A stretch of DNA of 64,000 bases, taken from a virus. Lineage: Duplodnaviria > Caudoviricetes. The DNA lies in the IMG/VR virus record IMGVR_UViG_3300030095_004938, positions 3,695 to 67,694 of that record. One strand, written 5' to 3'. Below are positions 51,840 to 61,212 of the stretch, piece after piece (position 1 is the first letter of the stretch; each line of letters begins with the position of its first letter). The position numbers were made by a program, and so were the translations under genes. The notes beneath the pieces are model-generated. The model searched no databases. It was not told the DNA's origin and worked only from the letters and a program-made list of their open reading frames with translations.

Positions 51840-53353
51840 TCGCTCTTGGCCTCGGCCTCGATTTTCTTGAGCAGTGCCAGCATCTGCTGGACGGTCTTCT
51901 TCTTGTCGCCGGGCCCCTTCTCTTCGGAGCCCTCCGGCTGCGCAGGCGCCTGACCGTAGGTCTCGCCCGTGTCCATGTCGGTCATGCCCTGACCAGCCCA
52001 GTGCTTCTCACCGGAGTCCTTCAGGCCGACCTTCGTTCCCAGCATCTCCAGTGCCTCGTTGAACGAGACGCCGATGCCAGACTGTGCGATCTCGCGGGCG
52101 AGCGTCAGCTCGTTGATGTAGTCCTCCTGAAGGACCTCGATCTGCGAGTGGTCGAAGTGGGCGACCGCCTTGGAACCGCGCCACACACCAGCAAGGCGGG
52201 GCAGCATGAGGTTCGTGATGACGTCGGAGGTCTGTGTGCCGAGCGCGATCACGCCGTTCGTCCCGCGCCAGAACTCCAGGAACGCCGTGCGGACGTTCTC
52301 GTAGGTCGCGTTCTCGAAGATGCCGACGACCGGCTCCGGCGTACCCATCGCGGTGAGGATCGCCGAGGTCATCCCCTTCCACAGCTTCTCGTACTCGAAG
52401 TCCTTCGGCGTGAAGCTCGACGGGACGAACTTCGCTCCACGGTCCACGACCTTGACGCGTCCGGCGTTCTCGACGCGGAACTCGTCGTCGACCTCTTCCT
52501 GCCTGCGCTCAAGCTCCGAGGGAGCGAGCGCCTCCTCGAAGATCAGCATCCCCGAGGGCGCCCCACCGTTACGCAGCGAGGCGTCGATGTAGCGCATGAT
52601 CTGGTGCTGGATGTCGATGGGGCGGATCGCCGCCTCCGCGTCACCAAGCCCGCGAGTCTGGTCCTCCGGGTCACCGTCGAGGAACGGGATGACCGAGTAC
52701 CAGGGGAACTTCGCCGACTCGCCCTTCGTGCTGCCCTTGCCCACCGTGTAGCGGTAGTTCTTCGGCCAGCCGTCGGGTCCGCGCTCCATCTTCACCTTGC
52801 TGCCGCTGACCTGGATGATCTGCTTCGGCACGCGAGTGAGGACGCCAGTTCGGTCGGAGCCAGCGAGCGGGCCACCACTCTGACCAGCCAAGAACCAGTA
52901 GCTCTCGCCGTCGAGCTTCATCGACCGCGTGTGGGCCTGCCAGAGCTGACGCTCCGTCTGCCGCTTGTTCGGTCGACGGATGAGCGCCATCAGCGGGTGC
53001 TCTTCGACCAGAGTGGCGTCGGCCTTTGTCGGGTCGTCGCTCCACATCCCGAAGCTCAGGCGGGCGATGCCGGAGGCGAACGCCTTGACCGCAGCCCGCA
53101 CGAAGACGTTCTCGCTGAACGGGCTCGTGACGTGCTCCTGACCGGCAAGCTCGTACTGGAGCCTCGCGAAGTTCAGGAACGAGTCGTGGTACTGCTTCTC
53201 CGCGCCGCCGGGGCCGAAGAACCGGCCATGACCGTCGCTCAGCTCACCATCCGTTCCGAGTAGACGAAGGGTGGGCACGCCACCGCCCGAGAACGATTCG
53301 CTAGGGCGTTCCTTGAACAGGAATTCGGCTGATTCGGCGGTTGTGGTGCCCAC
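51836..53353 (-). CDS. Portal protein (HK97 family)
   Basis: VRAAVKAFASGIA; LIRRPN; MKLDGESYW; LRNGGAPSGML; DFEY; ILTAMGTP; NATYENV. Confidence 0.92.
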   Translation of the reverse strand: MGTTTAESAEFLFKERPSESFSGGGVPTLRLLGTDGELSDGHGRFFGPGGAEKQYHDSFLNFARLQYELAGQEHVTSPFSENVFVRAAVKAFASGIARLSFGMWSDDPTKADATLVEEHPLMALIRRPNKRQTERQLWQAHTRSMKLDGESYWFLAGQSGGPLAGSDRTGVLTRVPKQIIQVSGSKVKMERGPDGWPKNYRYTVGKGSTKGESAKFPWYSVIPFLDGDPEDQTRGLGDAEAAIRPIDIQHQIMRYIDASLRNGGAPSGMLIFEEALAPSELERRQEEVDDEFRVENAGRVKVVDRGAKFVPSSFTPKDFEYEKLWKGMTSAILTAMGTPEPVVGIFENATYENVRTAFLEFWRGTNGVIALGTQTSDVITNLMLPRLAGVWRGSKAVAHFDHSQIEVLQEDYINELTLAREIAQSGIGVSFNEALEMLGTKVGLKDSGEKHWAGQGMTDMDTGETYGQAPAQPEGSEEKGPGDKKKTVQQMLALLKKIEAEAKSE

Positions 53354-53497
53354 AACCGGCAGGGTAGGTCAATGCGCGCTACACAATCTACCGTTGTGCA
53401 CCCGCTACGAGTTCGCAATCTGACCCTGTGTATTGCCAGGACTCGACTTACGTCAGGTGGGAAATTGTCCCCCAACTGGGGGCCAGGCGACTCACCC

Positions 53498-53743
53498 TCA
53501 GCAGCGGTACATCTGGTTCGCCTGCTGTCGCTCAGACCGCGTCAGGAGCCCCTGTGCGTCGAGCGCCATCACGATGTGCTTCGTAGCCCGGTTGACCAGC
53601 TCCATGCGCATCCCGGGCTTCATGGCCTCGTAGGAGGGGCTTTGGACGCACAAGCGGGCGGGCATCAGCGGCCCGGCAGGGTTCTCGCTGAAGTGGTAGG
53701 TCTTCCCGCCACGCCGGATCGACACCTCAAGCAGATCCCTCAT
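53498..53743 (-). CDS. Hypothetical protein
   Basis: ATG 53743 coupled to the TerL stop. Confidence 0.6.
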   Translation of the reverse strand: MRDLLEVSIRRGGKTYHFSENPAGPLMPARLCVQSPSYEAMKPGMRMELVNRATKHIVMALDAQGLLTRSERQQANQMYRC

Positions 53744-55533
53744 CGAACCTCGAACCTCTTCCACTGGCGCCTGCTGCGGGTTGGCCTCGTGATTGCCCTC
53801 TCGCCCATGCCCTTGTCCCCGATCATCGGCAGGTCGTTCGAGAGGACAGGGCCGCCGGTCGACCAGATGATCTTGCTGTCCCCGGTCGGAACGCAAGCCA
53901 GGACGAATGAGTCGGCGTAGTCAGGCGAGTGCCCGTGCCGCTCGATGACCTTCTTCTTCGGCTCCAACTTGATCGTGTCGAACTCACGCTCGTACAGCGT
54001 CCACGGAAGCTGCTCCCAGTAGTGTGCGAACCGCTCCTCTCGCGGGACGTGGTAGACGCCCTCCTGCAAGCCCATGCGCGCGTGCCAGTACATCCCCGCA
54101 CGCTGGTTGACCATCTTCATGTTCGCGCTGACCAGCTCCATCGGGTCGCCGCGATAGGAGCTACCGAAGTCGACACGGTCGGTCTCGACGTCAAGCTCAT
54201 GCAGGATGTCGCACACGCCAGGCAGACCAGTCTGGTCGATGGACAGTCGCTGGCCGACAATGGCACCACCATCCCATGATTCGGGGAACTCCTGCGCAAC
54301 CTCACGGCCCCAGTGCTGCACAAGTTGCGAGATCTTCCGAGCGCAGTTGACCTGCATCGCCTTGTCGTCGCGCGGGCTCCTCCAACTGTAGGTCGAGCAC
54401 ACGATGCCGTCGACCATCAGCGTCGCAACGCTGGGGTCGCCACCGAAGCCCAGGTCAACGCCGACACGCGGGCCGATAGCGTGCCGCGACGACCTGTCCA
54501 TGTATCGCTCACCGCTGACGATCAAGGCGGTCAGCGGGATGACCTGCGCAGCCATCGCGTCTTCGCTGAACAGGCCGCGCCAGTCAGACAGGAAGATCGG
54601 GTCCTGGCTCTGGTTCTTCCGCTTGGCGATCTGGCGCTCCTCGTGACCGACGAGCCATCCAGGGACGGTGTAGATCTCGTCGAACATCGCGATCTGATCC
54701 TCGTTCTCGCCGGGGAACTCAGAGTGCGGGATCGAGTTCAGGTTGATCGTGTGCGCCTTGCTCTCGATGTTGCGCAGGTGGTTCGGGTAGGTGTGGTCCT
54801 CGAACAGCGACTGCGCCGGGTTGCCGATGAACAGGATGCGAGCGCCGGGCTTCGACAGCGTGCCCTCCAGGACACGGAAGACTTCGTCGCTGATGCCCTC
54901 CGGCTCGTCCACAACGATCAGCACCTCGTCCGCCTCCTTGCCGCCCTCGTCGATGATCTGCTGGATCATCTGAACGTCGACCTCGGTCAGCTCGTCTTGG
55001 TCAGGGTCACCGGGGCAGTCAACGCCAGCGTGGAATCCGCGCACGCGATCGGGGTCGCCAGCCGGGATGCCGAGGATGTAGTGACTCGCGTCATCCGGAA
55101 GCTTCAGCTTCAAGCTGAGTAGCTCGCCTTCGAGTTTCTGCTTCGCGCCGTGGAACCTCTTACTCACCTCGGAGAAGAGGATGACCTGAAGCTGCCGCAT
55201 CGAAGGCGCCAGGCACAGCACGCGAGAGAAGCGCGTGTAGAAGAACGCGAGCATCAGCTCGGAGGCGACGTGGTCCTTGCCCGTTCCACGGGAGGAGTAG
55301 GCGCAGGTCACCTTGTTCTTGAAGACCGACTCGACGATCGCTCGCTGACCCTCCCACAGAGCGACCTTGCCCTTCCACGTCCGCTTGCCGAGCACGTCGC
55401 CGATGAAGTCGAGCGGGCGGTCCCTGTACTCCGGGTACAGGTAGGAGGTGCTGGCGCCAGAACCGATGGGGGAGGTCTGGTCGATCTGGGCCAGCTTGTC
55501 GCCAATCCACTCCCAGGTCTTGCTGTCGTCCAC
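53740..55533 (-). CDS. terL: Terminase large subunit
   Basis: SRGTGKD Walker A, LIVVDE Walker B, FIGNP motif III, GVDLG and SPDYADS nuclease motifs. Confidence 0.93.
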   Translation of the reverse strand: MDDSKTWEWIGDKLAQIDQTSPIGSGASTSYLYPEYRDRPLDFIGDVLGKRTWKGKVALWEGQRAIVESVFKNKVTCAYSSRGTGKDHVASELMLAFFYTRFSRVLCLAPSMRQLQVILFSEVSKRFHGAKQKLEGELLSLKLKLPDDASHYILGIPAGDPDRVRGFHAGVDCPGDPDQDELTEVDVQMIQQIIDEGGKEADEVLIVVDEPEGISDEVFRVLEGTLSKPGARILFIGNPAQSLFEDHTYPNHLRNIESKAHTINLNSIPHSEFPGENEDQIAMFDEIYTVPGWLVGHEERQIAKRKNQSQDPIFLSDWRGLFSEDAMAAQVIPLTALIVSGERYMDRSSRHAIGPRVGVDLGFGGDPSVATLMVDGIVCSTYSWRSPRDDKAMQVNCARKISQLVQHWGREVAQEFPESWDGGAIVGQRLSIDQTGLPGVCDILHELDVETDRVDFGSSYRGDPMELVSANMKMVNQRAGMYWHARMGLQEGVYHVPREERFAHYWEQLPWTLYEREFDTIKLEPKKKVIERHGHSPDYADSFVLACVPTGDSKIIWSTGGPVLSNDLPMIGDKGMGERAITRPTRSRRQWKRFEVR

Positions 55534-56090
55534 TACCCCTCGGGCTCGATCTCTCTAGGGCCTACCTGCTCCGCGTTCTTCGGGAACAGGTTGAGCAGCT
55601 CAGCATACGCCTTCTGGGCTCGCTCTCGCGGCAGGTAGTCCCTGAGAATGCGGGCGAACCCATCCATCAGCTTCTCCACAGCCGAGGCGCTGAGCGCGTT
55701 GATCCGCGCGCTCTTCAGCTTCTCGTACTCCTCGACGCGCTTGAGCGTGCGTTCGACCACGTCCATGAACTCGACCTCGGCGTCCATGTCCACGAGGCCC
55801 TCCGCAGAGAGGGCTTGGATGCGAGTCAGGCATCCAGAGAGGAGCGGCCCGTGCTTGGAGCGGTCCTTGCCCTCCAGCTCATCGGCCACCATTTCTGAGA
55901 GGTGCTCGTCGGCCTCACGAGCGAGGGAGGCCATCTCTGAGCGAAACGAGCGCCCGTCATTCTTTGCCAGGCGCTTCGCGGCTCGCCTCGCGATTACCGA
56001 GAGCACCTTGTTGTGAGCGAGGATGTCGGGCTGATCCGGAACGTCATCCAGTTCGTCGCCGAAGTCCCCGTAGATTCCCTTCCGAGTCAT
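55533..56090 (-). CDS. Terminase small subunit (putative)
   Basis: Helical 185-aa ORF directly upstream of, and coupled to, TerL. Confidence 0.6.
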   Translation of the reverse strand: MTRKGIYGDFGDELDDVPDQPDILAHNKVLSVIARRAAKRLAKNDGRSFRSEMASLAREADEHLSEMVADELEGKDRSKHGPLLSGCLTRIQALSAEGLVDMDAEVEFMDVVERTLKRVEEYEKLKSARINALSASAVEKLMDGFARILRDYLPRERAQKAYAELLNLFPKNAEQVGPREIEPEG

Positions 56091-56371
56091 TGCCTCGACT
56101 CCGACCGGGTGCCCCACCGCACCGACTTCGCCGTGCACGAACCAGGGCCGTTCTTGTAGATGACGCAGACCCCGCGACCGCGAGGCATCTTCCCGTGGAA
56201 GGTCTCGCAGAGCAGTTGCCCGAGCGGGCGGTTCTTACCGCCGATGTTGAAATACAGGTAGCCCGCCCCGTGAACGGTTGGCTTCAACTCCTTGCCGTAG
56301 ATGCCGAGCACCTTCCCGCTGCTGGAGATGCTGTACCTGGGGTCACTCGGGATCGGTTGAAACTGGGACAT
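56087..56371 (-). CDS. Degenerate NUMOD4/HNH-like protein
   Basis: FQPIPSDPRYSISSSGKV (NUMOD4-like); LGQLLCETFHG in place of VHRLVxxAFxG. Confidence 0.6.
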   Translation of the reverse strand: MSQFQPIPSDPRYSISSSGKVLGIYGKELKPTVHGAGYLYFNIGGKNRPLGQLLCETFHGKMPRGRGVCVIYKNGPGSCTAKSVRWGTRSESRQ

Positions 56372-56690
56372 CGGCCACTCCTTTGTAGGACTCCCCGTTG
56401 ACGATTCGACGGATGGTCCTTCTGGACACACCGTAAGCCCTCGCAATATCTGTGGTGGATTCTCCCGCGTCAATCCTTTTTCTGACCCACAGGATCTGAT
56501 CGGGGGTCAGCTTGCCTGGGCGACCCACCTGTCCGCTGCCGGACGGGATGTCACGGCAGATCCAGTGGACCGACCCGACCGGCATCCCAAGGCGACGAGC
56601 GATGTCGCCAGCCGTCGGGCCACCCTTCTTCCCGTAGGCTTTGCGGATCTCCCTGCACGTCTCCTCGCTGTACTTTCTCGGTCGAGCCAT
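56343..56690 (-). CDS. Tandem helix-turn-helix DNA-binding protein
   Basis: TAGDIARRLGMPVGSVHWI and STTDIARAYGVSRRTIRRI. Confidence 0.8.
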   Translation of the reverse strand: MARPRKYSEETCREIRKAYGKKGGPTAGDIARRLGMPVGSVHWICRDIPSGSGQVGRPGKLTPDQILWVRKRIDAGESTTDIARAYGVSRRTIRRIVNGESYKGVADVPVSTDPE

Positions 56691-56695
56691 CGAGC

Positions 56696-56989
56696 CTAGC
56701 TCCAGTAAGACAGGCCGCCCATTTCCCACGGACTGCTCCGCCCGGAGAACCGCGCCCACACCAGAGAGTTCGCGCCGTAGTCGGCGAGGCTCTGCATATG
56801 AACGAAGTCGGGCATATGGAAGAAAGAAATCCCATCCCGCGCGGGGCCGACCTTGATGTCGAAATTCAGCATCCTCATGGCCCCATATTCGTCGCACAGG
56901 CGACGATATTTTCCAACCACAAAGATTCTTAGATCAGCCCTCGTCATCCACGAGCGCCCACTCGAAAACGCCCGTTCTGGCGAGGTCAT
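56696..56989 (-). CDS. Hypothetical protein
   Basis: ORF in a locally lower-GC segment; start uncertain. Confidence 0.4.
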   Translation of the reverse strand: MTSPERAFSSGRSWMTRADLRIFVVGKYRRLCDEYGAMRMLNFDIKVGPARDGISFFHMPDFVHMQSLADYGANSLVWARFSGRSSPWEMGGLSYWS

Positions 56990-57134
56990 CCATCACCTCC
57001 TCAGCCAGCCAGTGCGTCAGGCCAAAGCGCCTCATGACTGCCTCCACAGTCATGCCGATCTCGTCCAGCTCGACCGCGTCGCCGACCTCCACAGTCAAGC
57101 GCGCGATGTCTGACTCTCCGGACAGCCCTTTCAT
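56934..57134 (-). CDS. Small putative winged-helix protein
   Basis: TVEAVMRRFGLTHWLAEEVMDDLARTGVFE. Confidence 0.45.
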   Translation of the reverse strand: MKGLSGESDIARLTVEVGDAVELDEIGMTVEAVMRRFGLTHWLAEEVMDDLARTGVFEWALVDDEG

Positions 57135-57176
57135 AAACGATCCCTCGGCTTGTGCTCACTTAGGTACTTCAACGCG

Positions 57177-58595
57177 CTACCCAGTGTAGGCGTTACGGGG
57201 GTTGTCGGAGAACCACGACTGCCCGCTTTCGAGCTTGTCCAAGTCGTAGTTCGACGCATCTCCAAGGATCAGGTCCGTCCAGGGCGTCTGCTCCGTGGAA
57301 GACCACTCGGGGTGGCCGATGACTGCGAGCTGGCTGTTGTCGGATTCGAGGCGCTCGATCAGTCGATACAGCACGTTGTCGAGCGGCCCCCACTTGAGCA
57401 CGCGCTGCGCGTGAGTGAGGCCGAGGTAGACCCGCGCCAGCTCGAACGTCTTGTAGACGACCGGGCGCGCACCGTCCCAACTAACGAAGCCGCCGCTGGA
57501 GTTGTAGACCGCGCGACCGGGGATCGAGTGGTTCCAGCTCTCGTCGATCACCTTGTGCTTCCACTTCGACGACACAGTCCCGTGCTCGTTCAGGTAGTTG
57601 ATCGCGTACAGCGCCCGATCGTCCTGATCGAAGCAGTAGACCGCGAGCTTCGCCAGGAGCATCAGGTCTGCCTTGAACTCCTCGAAACCACACTCGATGG
57701 CGGCGACGAGCGCGCGGAAGGCTCCGTCAATCTCCCGTCCGAGGATCGGAGAGCCGGTCCCACGCGGGGTGTTCCCCATGATGCCGTGCGCGCTCCACAT
57801 CAGCGCGTCCCTCTTCGTGTCGCGCACGTTCGGCAGGTCCCAGCTCGCGCGAACGTCCTGGGCGTAGCACCAAGACATGAAGCGACAGAAGGCGTTCCCG
57901 TGCTTCGCCGCGTAGCCCGTCGGCAGCACGGCGCGGTTCATGTGGGAGTGGTCCGCAGGCCGCACTCCAGTCGGGTGCTTCAGCACGAAGGGCTCCGGCG
58001 CCACGTTGCGAGAACGGTCCAGGCCCTTGTGCTGCTCGCCCCAGTCGTAGGGGCGGATCTGACCAGCTACCAGCGCATCCCAGTCCAGGCGTGCGACCGG
58101 CATCCGCTCTGCCCAGGCACGGGCAATCGTGTGGCAAGTCCGCAGGCCAGCGCGGCAGCCGACCGCCCACTCGCTCTCCATGTAGATGCCCGCGCCGCCG
58201 GGGGCGTTCGCGTCGTTCGGAGCCTGGTAGGCGCCCTCGTACTTCTCCGCGTTGCGGCGACCGTTCTCCGTCGCCGTCTGCGGATTCGGTGCCGCATCCC
58301 AGCCGCCAGTGCCGAACGTGGCGATCGAGCCGTTCCGGTAGACCTCAGCCTTCATCGTCAGACCGTCGAACGTCAGCATAGCGCCCACGTCGTCCACACG
58401 CTCCACGGTCACCCCCTCCATGCCCGTGTCCCCAGGGGGCCTCGTGGGCGGGCGCGTGGGCGGCTCAGGGTCGATCACCGGCGGGCGCGTCGGCGGCTCC
58501 ACGGGCACGCCGTCGTCGTCCATGCCGAGCCGCGTCTCCCTGGCGATCCGCTCGATCTGAAGCAGGTTGTCCTGGATCTCTTTGTTTGTGGTCAT
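57177..58595 (-). CDS. 472-aa protein with Pro-rich linker and a probable helical enzyme-like domain
   Basis: EPPTRPP repeats at the N-terminus; Trp/Tyr/His-rich globular region. Confidence 0.75.
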   Translation of the reverse strand: MTTNKEIQDNLLQIERIARETRLGMDDDGVPVEPPTRPPVIDPEPPTRPPTRPPGDTGMEGVTVERVDDVGAMLTFDGLTMKAEVYRNGSIATFGTGGWDAAPNPQTATENGRRNAEKYEGAYQAPNDANAPGGAGIYMESEWAVGCRAGLRTCHTIARAWAERMPVARLDWDALVAGQIRPYDWGEQHKGLDRSRNVAPEPFVLKHPTGVRPADHSHMNRAVLPTGYAAKHGNAFCRFMSWCYAQDVRASWDLPNVRDTKRDALMWSAHGIMGNTPRGTGSPILGREIDGAFRALVAAIECGFEEFKADLMLLAKLAVYCFDQDDRALYAINYLNEHGTVSSKWKHKVIDESWNHSIPGRAVYNSSGGFVSWDGARPVVYKTFELARVYLGLTHAQRVLKWGPLDNVLYRLIERLESDNSQLAVIGHPEWSSTEQTPWTDLILGDASNYDLDKLESGQSWFSDNPRNAYTG

Positions 58596-58864
58596 TTTCT
58601 TTTCCGTAGGAGTATTGGGTTGATGGCGGCGCCGGTCGTGCAGTTGTCGATGGCTCGGTAGTTGTCGGTGACGCTCGCGTGCGTCGTCCAGAAGACGTGA
58701 CCACAGTCGTGGCAGCGGACCTCATGCTTCCAGCGCGGGGTGTTCGCCTGGCGTGTCATCTTAGGCGGCGTCGATGTCTTGCGCACGCATTCGATGATTC
58801 TGCGCTTGCCCCACATGCCGCGCTGGCACTTGCGGCACTTCAGGGTCAGGGCTTGGCTGCCCAT
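58592..58864 (-). CDS. Zinc-ribbon protein
   Basis: CRKC...CHDCGHVFW. Confidence 0.65.
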   Translation of the reverse strand: MGSQALTLKCRKCQRGMWGKRRIIECVRKTSTPPKMTRQANTPRWKHEVRCHDCGHVFWTTHASVTDNYRAIDNCTTGAAINPILLRKRK

Positions 58865-59088
58865 CACACGCCGGGCCTGCGCGGCGGCTTGCCGGTGGTG
58901 GGATCGAGCAGCCACTCGACGCGGAGGTTCGGGCGCTCTTCAAGGATACCGTCGTAGAGGAGCCTCCATACGCGCCCGCAAGTGTCGAGCATGAAGCACG
59001 GGTGTCCCTTCACGGTCCACGCCTTCACGGGCTCCCCCGTCTCGGCATCGACAACGCGGAACAGGGGCTTGGGGGCGGGGTCAGGCAT
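58864..59088 (-). CDS. Small hypothetical protein
   Basis: Coupled 74-aa ORF. Confidence 0.6.
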   Translation of the reverse strand: MPDPAPKPLFRVVDAETGEPVKAWTVKGHPCFMLDTCGRVWRLLYDGILEERPNLRVEWLLDPTTGKPPRRPGV

Positions 59089-59254
59089 GGGATCGTATCC
59101 CCCGGTAGAGGCGGTGGGTGAGGCGGGCGGCGCCGCTGGCGATTTCCGCGACCCCGAGGGAGGCGAATAGCACGGGCACGACGACCAGTAGAAGTGGTGA
59201 CGCCAGGTAGCAGAGCGCCCTCTGGCCTGGGGTGAGGTCTTCCCATTCAGGCAT
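59081..59254 (-). CDS. Small membrane protein
   Basis: LCYLASPLLLVVVPVLFASLGV. Confidence 0.55.
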   Translation of the reverse strand: MPEWEDLTPGQRALCYLASPLLLVVVPVLFASLGVAEIASGAARLTHRLYRGIRSHA

Positions 59255-59504
59255 CGGGGGTCTCCAGCCCGCAGGCTCGGTCAATGGCTGCTTCGATGGG
59301 CGAGCGTGCTCGACGCCGCCGGGCGATGGCCGCGCGTGCTTCCCGCAGACGCCGAGCCCTTCGGTTGCGCTCCTCCTGGACGGCCTTCGCGGAGTGGCAG
59401 GCGCAACGGCACGGGTTCTTGAGGCTCCGCGCGTCGGCGCAGCTCCTCGCTCTTCCAGTGCCGTGGATGTCGCAGACGCAGCGGAAGAGGTTGCGCTCAG
59501 GCAT
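59247..59504 (-). CDS. Small Cys-containing basic protein
   Basis: CVCDIH...CRCACH; ATG after GGAGGAG. Confidence 0.55.
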   Translation of the reverse strand: MPERNLFRCVCDIHGTGRARSCADARSLKNPCRCACHSAKAVQEERNRRARRLREARAAIARRRRARSPIEAAIDRACGLETPDA

Positions 59505-59640
59505 CTCCTCCCCCCTCGGTGATGATGTGCGTTGGCTGCGTGCTGCTCGGGGGGTAATCGGTGATCTCCCACATTCCGTAGGGGTCCACGGCAACGGCGA
59601 TGCGCACTTTGACGGTGCGGGGCTTCTCAGTGTCAGTCAT
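59497..59640 (-). CDS. 47-aa hypothetical protein (below the cutoff)
   Basis: MTDTEKPRTVKVRIAVAVDPYGMW...; TGATG-coupled. Confidence 0.5.
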   Translation of the reverse strand: MTDTEKPRTVKVRIAVAVDPYGMWEITDYPPSSTQPTHIITEGGGDA

Positions 59641-59927
59641 CAGTCGTGCTTCGGGTCGGGGCGTTCTTCATTCGTTGAGTTGTTCCAGCGGCGCCGTCGT
59701 CGCTTGAGATGCGGGTCGTTCTTCTCCGGGTGGCAGGTGGCGCACTTCGTCGCGCCGCAGTCCAGGTGCGAGCGGCTTCGTCCTACGCCCTTCGTGCGTC
59801 GCGTGCGTGGCTGGCCGAACACCGCCTCCATCCACTCCAGGCGCCGACCGCACAAATCCCGCCACTGCTTCCAGCGACGCTTCATCACGGACTCCGTGCG
59901 CCTCCTCCGCTCTCCTCGCTCAGTCAC
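59640..59927 (-). CDS. Basic protein with HxxC...CxxC motif
   Basis: HLDCGATKCATCHPEK; GTG 59927. Confidence 0.55.
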   Translation of the reverse strand: MTERGERRRRTESVMKRRWKQWRDLCGRRLEWMEAVFGQPRTRRTKGVGRSRSHLDCGATKCATCHPEKNDPHLKRRRRRWNNSTNEERPDPKHD

Positions 59928-60213
59928 TTCCACTTCCTCCTTCGTTGGGTAGGCACGCGGCGAGCTTGCAGTCGGGGGCGTGCTTGGGGCTGCGGTCGAG
60001 CTTGTTCCCTCCGCAGGACGGGCAGTAGTGCTCGGCAAACTCGGCGTCGTAGTTGCCCCACTCCACCTCCCGCAGCACCTCGCGGGCGGCGGCGAGCTTG
60101 GCCTCCAGGGCCGCTGCGTGCCAGGCGAGTTCTTCGAGGTCGCACTCTTCTAGCGCTCTAGCTCTGGCGCGGCCCTCGAACGCCAGCTTGTCCTTCAGCA
60201 GCTCACTCCCCAT
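59920..60213 (-). CDS. Hypothetical protein with CPSC...H..C motif
   Basis: YCPSCGG...HAPDCKLA. Confidence 0.65.
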   Translation of the reverse strand: MGSELLKDKLAFEGRARARALEECDLEELAWHAAALEAKLAAAREVLREVEWGNYDAEFAEHYCPSCGGNKLDRSPKHAPDCKLAACLPNEGGSGSD

Positions 60214-60631
60214 CGTTCTCCTCCTGCACCTGGGGGGTGCGGGCCACGAGGAGTCCCCGCCACTCCAGACCGTACCCGTGGATGCACCAGCATTCGTAGC
60301 CGATGGCCCACGCCTCGCGCTCGCCCTCGGGGATGTAGTCCGGGACCACGATTGCGCCGCCCGGACCACTCGCAGCATGCAGGCCAACACCCTCGCAGTC
60401 GTCCTGGTAGGCTTCCATGAAGCCGCGCTCGTAGGGCGCCTCGGCGATCACGAGCACGAACTTCGTGGGCTCGCCGCGCCCGCCCATGTGCTCGACATGG
60501 ACGGCCCACGCTGCTGCGAACGAGTCGTAGACGACGGTGCTCGTTGGCCAAGACACAACACACTTGCGGTTCGGGAAGACGGCGACGTGAGCGCATACTT
60601 CGCCGCCACGAACCATGTCGTAGAAGATCAC
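60203..60631 (-). CDS. Hypothetical protein
   Basis: VAVFPNRKCVVSW...VHVEH motif; GTG coupled to the upstream stop. Confidence 0.6.
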   Translation of the reverse strand: MIFYDMVRGGEVCAHVAVFPNRKCVVSWPTSTVVYDSFAAAWAVHVEHMGGRGEPTKFVLVIAEAPYERGFMEAYQDDCEGVGLHAASGPGGAIVVPDYIPEGEREAWAIGYECWCIHGYGLEWRGLLVARTPQVQEENDGE

Positions 60632-61212
60632 GGCTTCTCCTGCGGTACGTACACCATCTTCGACTTGATCGCCGCCAGCTTGTCGCCGAGGATGCGCCCG
60701 GCCTTGATCTGCTCGCCCGAGGTCGGTGAGGAGTCCCACCAGAAGTCCAGGTACTCGTCCACGGCATCGACCAACTCGATCAGGCGGTTCGACTCTTGCT
60801 GGAATGCCTTGCGGGCCTCTGCGAGCGGAGAGCGCTGCCCCTCCTCCCGCCCCAGGGCGTCGAGCACGTCGTCGGCGTCGAGCCAGTTGCCTTCGGGGTC
60901 GGGCTCTACCAGGTGCCCAGCCTCCTCATCTGTGGTCCGGATGCTGTACCTCGGCAGCCCCCGCACGCGCTCCACGGCGTCGCGCATCTCCAAGTTGATA
61001 CCGGCAAGTGCGTCGGCCCGTGCCCTCTGCCGCCGCGAAGCGCTCTCCAGCTCCGCTACCCGCTCGCGGAGGGCGTCGCGCTCGTCGCGCATCTCAAGCA
61101 GCATATCGCGCCCCCGCGTGTCGCGGTGCAGCTCGCACCAGTTGACGACCCTGCCACCGATGACGGTGCAGCCGCAGGCGAGGGCCTGGTTGAGGATGAT
61201 CGGCTTGCTCAT
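60628..61212 (-). CDS. Modular coiled-coil hypothetical protein
   Basis: 194-aa coupled ORF. Confidence 0.65.
   Translation of the reverse strand: MSKPIILNQALACGCTVIGGRVVNWCELHRDTRGRDMLLEMRDERDALRERVAELESASRRQRARADALAGINLEMRDAVERVRGLPRYSIRTTDEEAGHLVEPDPEGNWLDADDVLDALGREEGQRSPLAEARKAFQQESNRLIELVDAVDEYLDFWWDSSPTSGEQIKAGRILGDKLAAIKSKMVYVPQEKP

Noticed and set aside
31253-58661. Long plus-strand ORFs overlapping structural genes (e.g. 34677-35900, 44928-46181, 49519-51237, 52001-53263, 57150-58661)
   Set aside because: Antisense shadows with biased His/Arg/Val/Asp composition
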